From: a virus
DNA length: 64,000 nt
Virus record (IMG/VR): IMGVR_UViG_3300048996_000163
Span: 32,001-96,000 of that record
Direction: 5' to 3' (one strand)
Shown in pieces: positions 1 to 8,640 of this stretch; position 1 is the first letter of the stretch; the number at the start of each line of letters is the position of its first letter. A program made the position numbers and the translations under genes. Below the pieces are notes generated by a model. The model saw only the letters and a program-made list of their open reading frames with translations. It was not told the DNA's origin and searched no databases.

Positions 1-24
1 CGCCGACCGAACCTCGTCGACGCG

Positions 25-249
25 ATGCAGGTCACCGAAGCCACCGCGCTCGAGGTCGCCGAGTGGGCCGACGGGCATGTGACCCGGGACCCACAGACGG
101 ACAAGCTGCTCGTGAAGCTGCCGATGTCGAAGATCCCCGCGCGCGTCGGAGACTGGGTCGTCAGGGACCACCTGCCGGACGGGCTCGGACCGGCACGGCC
201 GATGCTCGCCAACGTGTTCGACTGGGCGTTCGCTGAGGTGAAGCCGTGA
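25..249 (+). CDS. Small phage protein (true start may lie upstream of the window)
   Basis: ORF with A-x-x-GDWVV motif seen in small actinophage proteins; GTGA overlap with next gene. Confidence 0.6.
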   Translation: MQVTEATALEVAEWADGHVTRDPQTDKLLVKLPMSKIPARVGDWVVRDHLPDGLGPARPMLANVFDWAFAEVKP

Positions 250-503
250 AGATCGAAGGCGTCAAGCTTGACGACGGGCGGGTGTTCTTCAACGCCGCCG
301 ACGTCATCCGGTCGCTGCGGTCGCGCGCCGACGACTTCGACCGGGCCGCCGCCGAGCTTGGCGAACCGCTCGACGGGAAGGCGTTCACCGACGTGGTCGC
401 GCACCATGCCGTTGCCACTGAGCTGCGGGCACGGGCCGACTGGCTGGACGTAGCGACCGTTGCGCATCCGTCCGAGCAAGCGAGCCGCGACCAGCCGAGG
501 TGA
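246..503 (+). CDS. Hypothetical protein
   Basis: Coupled to previous ORF, GC3-rich codons, ends just before TerL. Confidence 0.6.
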   Translation: MKIEGVKLDDGRVFFNAADVIRSLRSRADDFDRAAAELGEPLDGKAFTDVVAHHAVATELRARADWLDVATVAHPSEQASRDQPR

Positions 504-506
504 GCC

Positions 507-3500
507 GTGACCGCCATGCTCACGCGGTTCGACCTCGACGTGCTGGCGCAAACCGCCCGGCTTCTCGCTGGCGAGACCAACTCTGCGAAGGACGCCAAGA
601 CTCCCGGCGAGCTCGCGAAGTTGCTCGACCCGAAGACGGTGCAGACCACCGCGCTCGAACTGATCGACGCCGCACTGGTAGACGCGGCCGAGGGTCGCTG
701 CGATCGCCTGATGATCTCTTTGCCACCTCAAGAAGGGAAAAGTGTTCGCGTTTCGCGGCGCTTTCCCGAGTTCCTGTTGGCTAGGAATCCCAACCTGCGC
801 ATCGCGATCATTTCCTACGCGCACGGCGTCGCCCGTCGACTCGCCCGCTCCATCCGCGACGACATCTCAGTGCACTCCGGCGCGCTCGGCATTGCGGTCA
901 GCCCGACGTCGTCGGCCGCGCACGAGTGGAGCATCGCTGGTCACGACGGTGAGGTCTACGCCACCGGCATTGCAGGAAGTTTGACGTCTCGACCTGTGGA
1001 TTGTCTGCGTGGCGATTCTCAAATCATGACAGAATATGGCCATGCGCCAATCCGTCAACTTTGTGAATCCGGAGACGCTGCCCCCCGCGTCCTCAGCTTC
1101 AACCACGCCACCGGAAAGCCCGAATGGCGGCGCATTCTCGCGACCCGCACCATTCACGATCGACCACTCGTCGAAATCGTCACCTCCAGCGGCCGGCGCG
1201 TCGTCTGCACCCCGGATCACCTCATCTACGTCGCCGGACGCGGCTACGTTCGGGCCCATCAGCTACGCGCCGGAGACCGGCTCACCACTGCCGAGCAGAG
1301 TGCCGATCAAATGCCTGCACTGCGCGACGGTGACCACCCGCTTTCGGTCGTACTTCAAGAGGCTCCGCGAGGGCGCGCCGCTCTACTGCTCCAAGACGTG
1401 CCAGTATTCGGCCGCGTCGATGACGCTGACCTGCGAGGGCTGCGGCATCGAGTACGTGAAGCTCCGTTGCGAGATCGAGAAGGCCGAGCGGAAGGGCTTC
1501 ACCCGGGCGTTTTGCACGAGGACGTGCTTCCTGTCCACGTCGAGCAAGAGCGCGTACGAGCGGGCGATGGCGCTCATTCCGCAGCAGCCGATCGGACCGA
1601 TCATCAGCGACGAGCGGGTGCTCACCGATTCGGGCCGGCGTCGGTATTACACGGCGGAGATTGCCGCGCTGTCGGACGGCACCAACCGGAAGCGCCCGTG
1701 CGTACAGTGCGGTGCAATCCGCAAGAGCAAGAGTGCGATCTGCAGGCCGTGCTACCAAGCCGCCCGCGCGTCGACCTACCTGACGCTCACCTGCACGCAA
1801 TGCTCGGCGCCGTTCGTGAAAATGCGGGCCGAGCGCGAGTCTCGCGAGCGGGCCGGTCAGACGAACGCGTTCTGCCGGTTCGAATGCCATCACCAGTGGA
1901 TGCGGGAGAACAACCCAACGGGCCGCTGCGCCCGCTGCGAAAAGCCGATCAAGGTGGACGGCGCGAAGCGGTACTGCTCGGATGGCTGTCGTCTCGCCGT
2001 CCGCGACGAGCGGCGCGAGTCCAAGAGCCGCCCCTGCCCGCAGTGCGGCGTCGTCTACATCCCGAAGTCCTCGCGCCAGCAGTATTGCGACCGGATCTGC
2101 GCAGACCAGGCGCACTCGGAACGCATGATCGGCGCGGGGAACTCGCACTACAAGGACGGCACGAGCTACGCCGAGTGGTTCCGGCAGATGCGTCCCCTGA
2201 TCCTGGAGCGCGACGCGAGCCAGTGCCGGGTGTGCTCGGTTCCGGATCAACTGGTACCTACTGGCCGCAGCGACCACCAGCAGTGGAAGTCGCTTCTCGT
2301 GGTCCATCACCTCAACGAGGTGCCGGCGGACAACCGGCCGGAGAACCTGATCCTGCTGTGCTCGCCGTGCCACATGCGGCACCACAAGTCGGTTTTGACA
2401 CCGTATCCGTGGTTCGCGACCTACGCGGAGAACGCGACACGGTCTATGACATCCAGGTGGACGGCAACAGTAACTTCTTTGCAGACCAGATTCTCGTCCA
2501 CAACTGCCTGATCATCGACGACCCCTACAAGAACGGCGAGCAGGCCGACTCCGAAGCATGGCAGGAAGTCGTCCGCGACTTCTGGACCGAAGTCGCCGTC
2601 CCCCGTCTCGGCCCCGGCGCCATCGTTATCATCGTCCAAACGCGCTGGCGCGACGACGACCTCTCCGGCTGGCTGCAAGCCGAGGACACCGACGGTCACT
2701 GGCGCGTCATCAACATCCCCGCCCAGGCCGACCACGACCCGAACAAGGGCGAGACCGACCCGCTCGGCCGCGAGCCCGGCGAGTATCTCGAATCGGCGCG
2801 TGGGCGTACCACCGAAGAGTGGGAACGCCGCCAGGTCGAGGTTGGCTCCCGCACCTGGAACGCCTTGTTCCAGGGCCGGCCAGCTCCGGCGTCCGGCAAC
2901 ATCTTCAAGGCTGAGTGGTTCCCGTTCTACGACACCCCGCAGTGGTTCAAGCGGGAAGACGGATCGTTCTGGGCTATCGGCTTCGACGAGGTCATCGCCT
3001 CCTGGGACATGACGTTCAAGGACACCGACGGCACCGACTACGTGTGCGGTCAGGTCTGGGGACGCCGCGGCATTCAGGCGTACCTGCTCGACCAAGTTCA
3101 CGACCGCATGTCGTTCGTCGAGACCTGCAACGCTGTCCGGCTCCTTGCCGCGAAGTGGCCGCAGGCGCTGCTGAAGCTGGTCGAGGACAAGGCCAATGGC
3201 CCTGCCGTTCTGTCGGCGCTCGCCCGCAAGGTGCCCGGCCTCGTGCCCGAGCAGCCCGAGGGATCCAAGGTGGCCCGGGCGGCGGCGGTGTCGCCGTTTG
3301 CCGAGTCCGGCAACGTTCTCCTCCCGGCGCCCGAGCTGGCGCCGTGGGTCGACGGGCTCATCGAGGAACTCAAGACGTTTCCCCGGGCCAAGCACGACGA
3401 CCGCACCGACACTCTGACGCAGGCCGTCCGTCGGCTGCTTCTCGATCCGCTGCTGACCGAGATCGACGTCTACGAGGACGAAGAGCAAGAGGACGCCGAA

Positions 3501-3521
3501 GGCTCGATCTCGATGTACTAG
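507..3521 (+). CDS. terL: Terminase large subunit containing an intein
   Basis: Walker A PPQEGKS, Walker B LIIDDPYK, QTRWRDDDLSG, nuclease motifs SWDMTFK / EDKANG / HDDRTD. Confidence 0.95.
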   Translation: MTAMLTRFDLDVLAQTARLLAGETNSAKDAKTPGELAKLLDPKTVQTTALELIDAALVDAAEGRCDRLMISLPPQEGKSVRVSRRFPEFLLARNPNLRIAIISYAHGVARRLARSIRDDISVHSGALGIAVSPTSSAAHEWSIAGHDGEVYATGIAGSLTSRPVDCLRGDSQIMTEYGHAPIRQLCESGDAAPRVLSFNHATGKPEWRRILATRTIHDRPLVEIVTSSGRRVVCTPDHLIYVAGRGYVRAHQLRAGDRLTTAEQSADQMPALRDGDHPLSVVLQEAPRGRAALLLQDVPVFGRVDDADLRGLRHRVREAPLRDREGRAEGLHPGVLHEDVLPVHVEQERVRAGDGAHSAAADRTDHQRRAGAHRFGPASVLHGGDCRAVGRHQPEAPVRTVRCNPQEQECDLQAVLPSRPRVDLPDAHLHAMLGAVRENAGRARVSRAGRSDERVLPVRMPSPVDAGEQPNGPLRPLRKADQGGRREAVLLGWLSSRRPRRAARVQEPPLPAVRRRLHPEVLAPAVLRPDLRRPGALGTHDRRGELALQGRHELRRVVPADASPDPGARREPVPGVLGSGSTGTYWPQRPPAVEVASRGPSPQRGAGGQPAGEPDPAVLAVPHAAPQVGFDTVSVVRDLRGERDTVYDIQVDGNSNFFADQILVHNCLIIDDPYKNGEQADSEAWQEVVRDFWTEVAVPRLGPGAIVIIVQTRWRDDDLSGWLQAEDTDGHWRVINIPAQADHDPNKGETDPLGREPGEYLESARGRTTEEWERRQVEVGSRTWNALFQGRPAPASGNIFKAEWFPFYDTPQWFKREDGSFWAIGFDEVIASWDMTFKDTDGTDYVCGQVWGRRGIQAYLLDQVHDRMSFVETCNAVRLLAAKWPQALLKLVEDKANGPAVLSALARKVPGLVPEQPEGSKVARAAAVSPFAESGNVLLPAPELAPWVDGLIEELKTFPRAKHDDRTDTLTQAVRRLLLDPLLTEIDVYEDEEQEDAEGSISMY
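1002..2504 (+). mobile_element. Intein (501 aa) in TerL, inserted just before Walker B
   Basis: C1 block CLRGDSQIMT, block B CTPDHLIY, C-terminal VYDIQVDGNSNFFADQILVHN followed by Cys+1. Confidence 0.93.
1300..2511 (+). CDS. Zinc-ribbon-repeat HNH homing endonuclease in an alternative frame inside the intein (frame open from 1036; GTG 1300 is the likely start)
   Basis: Repeated CxxC...(Y/F)CSxxC units and C-terminal ILERD..CRVC...VHHLNEVPADNRPENLILLCSPCHMRHH. Confidence 0.85.
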   Translation: MPIKCLHCATVTTRFRSYFKRLREGAPLYCSKTCQYSAASMTLTCEGCGIEYVKLRCEIEKAERKGFTRAFCTRTCFLSTSSKSAYERAMALIPQQPIGPIISDERVLTDSGRRRYYTAEIAALSDGTNRKRPCVQCGAIRKSKSAICRPCYQAARASTYLTLTCTQCSAPFVKMRAERESRERAGQTNAFCRFECHHQWMRENNPTGRCARCEKPIKVDGAKRYCSDGCRLAVRDERRESKSRPCPQCGVVYIPKSSRQQYCDRICADQAHSERMIGAGNSHYKDGTSYAEWFRQMRPLILERDASQCRVCSVPDQLVPTGRSDHQQWKSLLVVHHLNEVPADNRPENLILLCSPCHMRHHKSVLTPYPWFATYAENATRSMTSRWTATVTSLQTRFSSTTA

Positions 3522-3527
3522 CCGGGG

Positions 3528-5804
3528 GTGCTCGCATTGGGCCGCTCCCGTACCCGTCGCCGCCCGATCGTCGCCGTCGAGTCAGCCTCCTCCGGTGACC
3601 TGACCCGCGCGATCAACAACCTGGAGCTGGCCGAACGCCGGCTTACCGACGGGCGCCTCGACCCGCTCCGCGAGTCGACGTCGGAGCTTGAGCAGCGCCT
3701 GTACGACCCGGGCTGGCGCCGCTTCACCGTCGAGGTGGAGCAGGAGTTCACCGACGACGGCCGCCGGCAGATGCGGTCCGTGTGCCGCCTCATGTCGATC
3801 GTCAACCCGCTGCTGGTCAGAGGGGTCGGTCTCCGCTCGGCGTACATCCACTCCGGTGGCGTCCAGCGCACGGCCCGCGCCAACGGTAAAGACGACGCCA
3901 ACGAGCAGGACGTCCAGGCTGTCGTCGCCGCGTTCCTGACCGACGAGGGCAACGCCCGCTCCTTCACGAGCCCAGCCGCCCGCGACCGGCTGGAGCATTC
4001 CCTCGCCACCGACGGCGAACTCTTCGTCGCGTTGATCACCCGCCCGTTGACCGGCGAGGTCCAGACCCGCGTCATCCTCGCCGACGAAATCGCGGACATC
4101 ATCTGCAACCCCGAGGACCGCACCGAACACTGGTACTACAAGCGCTGCTGGACGGAACGGCAGTACGCCAAGGACGGCACCCCGACCGACGTGCCGCAGG
4201 AGATGCTGTACCCCGCTGTCGACTACCGTCCGGCCCGCCGCTTCCGCCAGTTCGCCGGCATGCCGGTCGCGTGGGACAAGCCGGTCCTGCACATTGCCGT
4301 GAACCGCCCCGAGCACTGGTTGCACGGCATTCCCGACGTGTACAGCGCGATCAACTGGGCCAGGGCCTACAAGACGTTCCTCGAACAGTGGGCGACCGTC
4401 ATGGCGGCCCTGTCGAAGTACGCGTGGAGAACCACGGCCGCCGGTTCGAAGCAGGCGAAACAGATCCGCTCCGCCGTCACGGCGGCGAACCCGTACCGTC
4501 CCGAGACGGCGGGACCCGGCGACCTTGGCCAGATGGTCGTCACTGCCGCCGACCAGACCCTCGAGGCGATCCCGAAGTCCGGCGCGACAATCGACGCCGA
4601 GTCCGGCCGGCCCCTGGCGATGATGGCCGCCGCCGCACTCGGCATCCCGGTGACGATGCTCCTCAGCGACCCGGGCCAGACCGGTGCCCGCGCGGTCGCG
4701 GAGACCCTGGATCAGCCGACCGAGCTGACGATGAACCAGCGCCGTGAGGTGTGGACGGCCGCCGACGACCGGATCCTCCGCTACGTGATCGCTGAGGCGG
4801 TCCGAGCACCGAAGGGCCCGCTCAAGGGCAGGATCACGCGGGACCGCTTTCGTGACCGCGAGGTGGTTGAGCTCGACGGCGACACCGACCCGACGGTCGA
4901 CATCGTCTGGCCGGACCTGTCGGACACGACCGTCAAGGAGAAGATCGACGCGATCGTCTCCGCGGCCGGCACCGGTACGCTCCCGCCCGAGCTTGTCCTG
5001 CGACTGGTCCTCGCCGCGATCGGTGTTCGTAACGCTGACGCGATCATCGCGGAGATGGTCAAGGACGGTGTATTCCTGTGGCCGTCGACCGGCCCCGCGC
5101 CCGGCGCAACAACCGGTGTCATTCCATCCGACGGTACCGTCGACGGCCAAGGACTCCCGGCGGGCGCGGGCATGCCGGATCAGAACCCGGCCCAGCCTGG
5201 TCAGCTCGCCGCCGCCGCGGTCGAGCACGCGGCGTCCGGTGCCTGGTCCGCCCTCGACGCTGACGCTGCCTCGCTCGCCGCTGCCGCCCAGGCGGACGCC
5301 GTCCCTGCCGGCGACCTGCCTGCGTGGTGGGCGGACGCGGACGCTGTCGACGACGACTGGCGTGTGGATGCCGCGCTCGCTCGCGGCGCTGACATCGCGG
5401 AAGCGTACGGCTCGCAGCACGCCGGCGACGACGAGGATGCGTTGCGCCGCGGGTATGACATCCTCACGGCCGAGGCTCAGCTCACCGGCGGGCAGGCGCC
5501 GACCTTCGAAGTGTTCGCCGCTGCTGCTCGTGCGGCCGGGGAGTACACGCCGACGGTCCAGATCGACAACCGGGTCGTCGCGACCGCGGTGCGTGTCGGG
5601 TCGTACGCGGCGACCGTCGGCGACCCGATCACCACCTGCCCGTACCAGGGTGCGGACCCCGGTCAGGCGGCGCTGCGCAGGGTGTGGCTGAGCGCTTACC
5701 TGCGCATCCGGCCCGCGGGCCCGGCCGTGGCACGTGACGCTGCGGCTTCTTCCGACGCCGAGTCTCCGGCCTCGACCGAGGATGCAGGTGACGGCCGTGG
5801 CTAA
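3528..5804 (+). CDS. Portal protein with long C-terminal extension
   Basis: Follows TerL; DGELF, GIPDVYSAINWARAYK and GIPVTMLLSDPG motifs; low-complexity tail ends in an Rmf/CrpP-like motif. Confidence 0.85.
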   Translation: MLALGRSRTRRRPIVAVESASSGDLTRAINNLELAERRLTDGRLDPLRESTSELEQRLYDPGWRRFTVEVEQEFTDDGRRQMRSVCRLMSIVNPLLVRGVGLRSAYIHSGGVQRTARANGKDDANEQDVQAVVAAFLTDEGNARSFTSPAARDRLEHSLATDGELFVALITRPLTGEVQTRVILADEIADIICNPEDRTEHWYYKRCWTERQYAKDGTPTDVPQEMLYPAVDYRPARRFRQFAGMPVAWDKPVLHIAVNRPEHWLHGIPDVYSAINWARAYKTFLEQWATVMAALSKYAWRTTAAGSKQAKQIRSAVTAANPYRPETAGPGDLGQMVVTAADQTLEAIPKSGATIDAESGRPLAMMAAAALGIPVTMLLSDPGQTGARAVAETLDQPTELTMNQRREVWTAADDRILRYVIAEAVRAPKGPLKGRITRDRFRDREVVELDGDTDPTVDIVWPDLSDTTVKEKIDAIVSAAGTGTLPPELVLRLVLAAIGVRNADAIIAEMVKDGVFLWPSTGPAPGATTGVIPSDGTVDGQGLPAGAGMPDQNPAQPGQLAAAAVEHAASGAWSALDADAASLAAAAQADAVPAGDLPAWWADADAVDDDWRVDAALARGADIAEAYGSQHAGDDEDALRRGYDILTAEAQLTGGQAPTFEVFAAAARAAGEYTPTVQIDNRVVATAVRVGSYAATVGDPITTCPYQGADPGQAALRRVWLSAYLRIRPAGPAVARDAAASSDAESPASTEDAGDGRG

Positions 5805-7515
5805 GGGGCACCCGTCGTCGTGCGCGACCGCCGAACTCGGGTCCGTCTGTCACTGCGAATGTGCCGGTGTCCGGCACTCGTGGCTCGGCGGCAGCGTCCC
5901 GTCTGCGGTGAAAGCCCCGCAGGGTGGCTTGCCTGCTGTGAACGGCGCGAACGTCGCGCAGACGGCCGGCGGCCTGGGTGGGCTGAGCGGGGAGAAGCCT
6001 CCGCCGCCAGTGTCTCCGACCGAACCGGCTACGCCGGCCGAGCCCGCGGCAGAGCCGCAGCAGGCGACACCGTCAGACGAAGCCCCTGCGGACGGGCCGA
6101 GCGTCGATACGCTCACCGGCGACGCCGTGCGCAACGCCGCCCCGCTCAGCTGGGTCCGGAACCAAGCCGACCTCACCGACGAGCAGCACCTGGGTCTCGA
6201 CGAGTACCGGCGCGCCGGTTACCGGCCGATCAACCACCTGCTCCGCGGCGGTGACGCCGACGGCCTGGCCGATTTCTACGTCGACGAGGCCGAGGTTCAG
6301 GGCTGGATCGGCGGCATCGACTCGGCGATGGAATCGTCCCCGCTGGCCGACGACGTCATCGTCTGGCGCGGTCACCGCAATGGGCCGCGAATGTTCGGCG
6401 ACAGCTTCAGCGGCGACCTGACCGGCATCGAATGGCGCGAGGCCGCGTTCGTGTCAACGTCGTCGGACGAGACGGTCGCGACCGGGTTCGCCCGCGAGCA
6501 CTCGACGACCAGCACGCCCGCCGGTTCAGTGGTGATGCGGCTCGTCACCCCAGCAGGTACGGGCGCGGTTGAACTGTCCGACGGGTCGTACGAGTCGGAG
6601 ATGCTCCTGGATCGCGGCCACCGCTACCGGGTGGTCGCGGACCGTGGTGTCGACGGCGACGGTGTCCGCCAACTGGATGTGGAGGTCCTCCCGCGTGACG
6701 ACCGCACGGAAGACACCGAAGAAGACGGCGCGGGCGGGTCCGACGTCGGCGAGGGAGCGTCAGGCGGGGAACTACCGGCCGCCGATCCTGGCCCCGCCGA
6801 AGGGCGGCCCGATCCCGACGTGGGTGGAGGCGACTCCGCCGAAGGCCTGACCGGTCCGGCCGCCGATGACCGCCCCTACCACGAACGTGTCGACGAAGCC
6901 CTCACCGAGGTCGAGGCCCGCACGTCGCCGCCGCTGTCCCGGATGCGTGAAGGCGCCCGCGCGCTGACCGACGACGAGCGGGAACTCGTCGAGGAGTACA
7001 TGGGCGAGGGCTTCCTACCGATCAACCATGTGCTCCGCGGCGGTGACCCCTCGGCACTGGAACGCTGGGACCGGCGCGACCGCGGCTACGACCTGACCCC
7101 AGAGGTCATCGACAGCTGGACCGGCGCCCTCGACGCGTTGATGGCGGAATCCCACCTGCCGCAGCCGATCATCACGTGGCGTGGAATGCGCAACGGCGAC
7201 ACCCTGTTCGGCGACTCATTCGGCGATGATCTGACCGGCGCCGAATGGTCCGACCCGGCGTACTCGTCGACGTCGACGGACGAAGATGAAGCTGTCGCGT
7301 TCGCGCAGGACCAGATCGGCAACGCCGTGCCGGGGTCGACGGTGATGCACATCCTGGTGCCGTCCGGCACGGGTGCGCTGGAGCTGTCCGACCACAACTA
7401 CGAGTCCGAGGTGCTGCTGGAGCGGGGCCTGCGGTTCCGGGTCGTGACCGACTGGGGCATCAACGACAACGGCGTCCGCGTCCTCGACGTGGAGGTGATC
7501 CCCGATGGCAGTTGA
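5797..7515 (+). CDS. Tandem VIP2-like ADP-ribosyltransferase (two R-S-ExE domains)
   Basis: Domain 1 YRPINHLLRG/VWRG/FVSTS/YESEMLL; domain 2 FLPINHVLRG/TWRG/YSSTS/YESEVLL; GTG start overlaps portal end. Confidence 0.88.
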   Translation: MAKGHPSSCATAELGSVCHCECAGVRHSWLGGSVPSAVKAPQGGLPAVNGANVAQTAGGLGGLSGEKPPPPVSPTEPATPAEPAAEPQQATPSDEAPADGPSVDTLTGDAVRNAAPLSWVRNQADLTDEQHLGLDEYRRAGYRPINHLLRGGDADGLADFYVDEAEVQGWIGGIDSAMESSPLADDVIVWRGHRNGPRMFGDSFSGDLTGIEWREAAFVSTSSDETVATGFAREHSTTSTPAGSVVMRLVTPAGTGAVELSDGSYESEMLLDRGHRYRVVADRGVDGDGVRQLDVEVLPRDDRTEDTEEDGAGGSDVGEGASGGELPAADPGPAEGRPDPDVGGGDSAEGLTGPAADDRPYHERVDEALTEVEARTSPPLSRMREGARALTDDERELVEEYMGEGFLPINHVLRGGDPSALERWDRRDRGYDLTPEVIDSWTGALDALMAESHLPQPIITWRGMRNGDTLFGDSFGDDLTGAEWSDPAYSSTSTDEDEAVAFAQDQIGNAVPGSTVMHILVPSGTGALELSDHNYESEVLLERGLRFRVVTDWGINDNGVRVLDVEVIPDGS

Positions 7516-8392
7516 GCGGGGGTTCACTTCGGCGGCCGAGCGGCAGGCAGCGGTGCCGGCTGAACTGCTGGTGCAGCCGGCGGGTGGCCCGGTCCCGACG
7601 TGGGCCGGCGGCCCGAAGCGCGGCAAGGCCAAGAAGCAGGTAATGGCGACCCACGTGGAGTCGGTGACCGGGTCGGGCTATGACGCAGCTCGTGTCGCCG
7701 CGGAGTTGGCGTCGGCGGTGGCAAGCTTCCTCAATGCCTGGCCGTCGCTGGCCGGGCCGCTCGTCAACGGTCTCGTCTCCGATGTCGCGTCGCTCGCCGC
7801 GGGTGGTGTCGGCGGGCTGGCGTCGCTGACTGCTGGCGCGGCTGCGATTGCTGCGGTCGGTACAGCGCTCGGCAAGGCGACGCGTGGGCTGGCGAAGCGG
7901 TCGGCGAAGCGGGCTGCCGGCGAGGTGTCGGCGCTCGGCGTTAAGGCGTCGGAGGGTACAGCGGACAGCGAAGCCCTGCAGGGGCAGGCGGACGTGACCG
8001 CGCACCTGATCGGGCAGACGTTGGCCGGGTCGGCGACCCGGACGGCGCTGCTGCACGTTGGCCGCGAGGCGGACGAGATCGCCGCCGCGGTCAAGGCGGA
8101 TCTTGAGGAGATCGCCGACCTGAGGTCGGGCGGGTACATCCTGCAGAACCTGGAGTCGGCGCTCGCCGCCGCTCAGGGCGCGGGCCGGATGGCGACGTTC
8201 GCGCAGGTCGAGGACAAGATCCAGCTCATGGCCCGAGAATCCCCTGGGGCTTGCGCCGTTTGTGAAGCCGAAGACGGCAAAGTCTATGCGTCCTTCGCCG
8301 CCGCCGCGAAGGCGTACCCGCAGGGCCGCCATGTCGGCTGCCTCGGCCGCAGCAACTGCAGAGGCGGGCTCCAGCCCGTCGTTCGCGCCTGA
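7505..8392 (+). CDS. MuF-like minor head protein
   Basis: Ala-rich helical body plus C-terminal CAVC..EDG...YP.G..GCLG..NCRG motif; head-module position. Confidence 0.65.
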   Translation: MAVERGFTSAAERQAAVPAELLVQPAGGPVPTWAGGPKRGKAKKQVMATHVESVTGSGYDAARVAAELASAVASFLNAWPSLAGPLVNGLVSDVASLAAGGVGGLASLTAGAAAIAAVGTALGKATRGLAKRSAKRAAGEVSALGVKASEGTADSEALQGQADVTAHLIGQTLAGSATRTALLHVGREADEIAAAVKADLEEIADLRSGGYILQNLESALAAAQGAGRMATFAQVEDKIQLMARESPGACAVCEAEDGKVYASFAAAAKAYPQGRHVGCLGRSNCRGGLQPVVRA

Positions 8393-8454
8393 TGGTCAAA
8401 GCCGAGACTGCCGGTCGTACAACCTTCGTCGCCCGATCATGCGGAGGAGGCGTC

Positions 8455-8547
8455 GTGCACTGCGAATGCTGCACGTGGGACACCCGCGGCCGGCACTGCG
8501 ACATGTGCCACGAAGAGCTTCCTGCCGAACAGATGGCTGAACGGTGA
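8455..8547 (+). CDS. 30-aa Cys/His-rich microprotein
   Basis: GGAGGAGG RBS then GTG; MHCECCTWDTRGRHCDMCHEELPAEQMAER. Confidence 0.5.
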   Translation: MHCECCTWDTRGRHCDMCHEELPAEQMAER

Positions 8548-8640
8548 CCGTCGTCAACGGCAGTTCCGTCCTGATCCGGCGCCGCGTCCAGCTTACCGGC
8601 TCATGGACATCAACCTCGCAGGTCTGAGCACGTCAAGGGG

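Noticed and set aside
1260-2400. Group I intron or in-frame LAGLIDADG domain in terL
   Set aside because: The terL frame is uninterrupted, the Hint motifs are complete, and no LAGLIDADG or intron core is recognisable.
6180-7500. DGR template/variable repeat pair in the ART gene
   Set aside because: Diverged domain duplication without adenine-specific differences; no reverse transcriptase is present.
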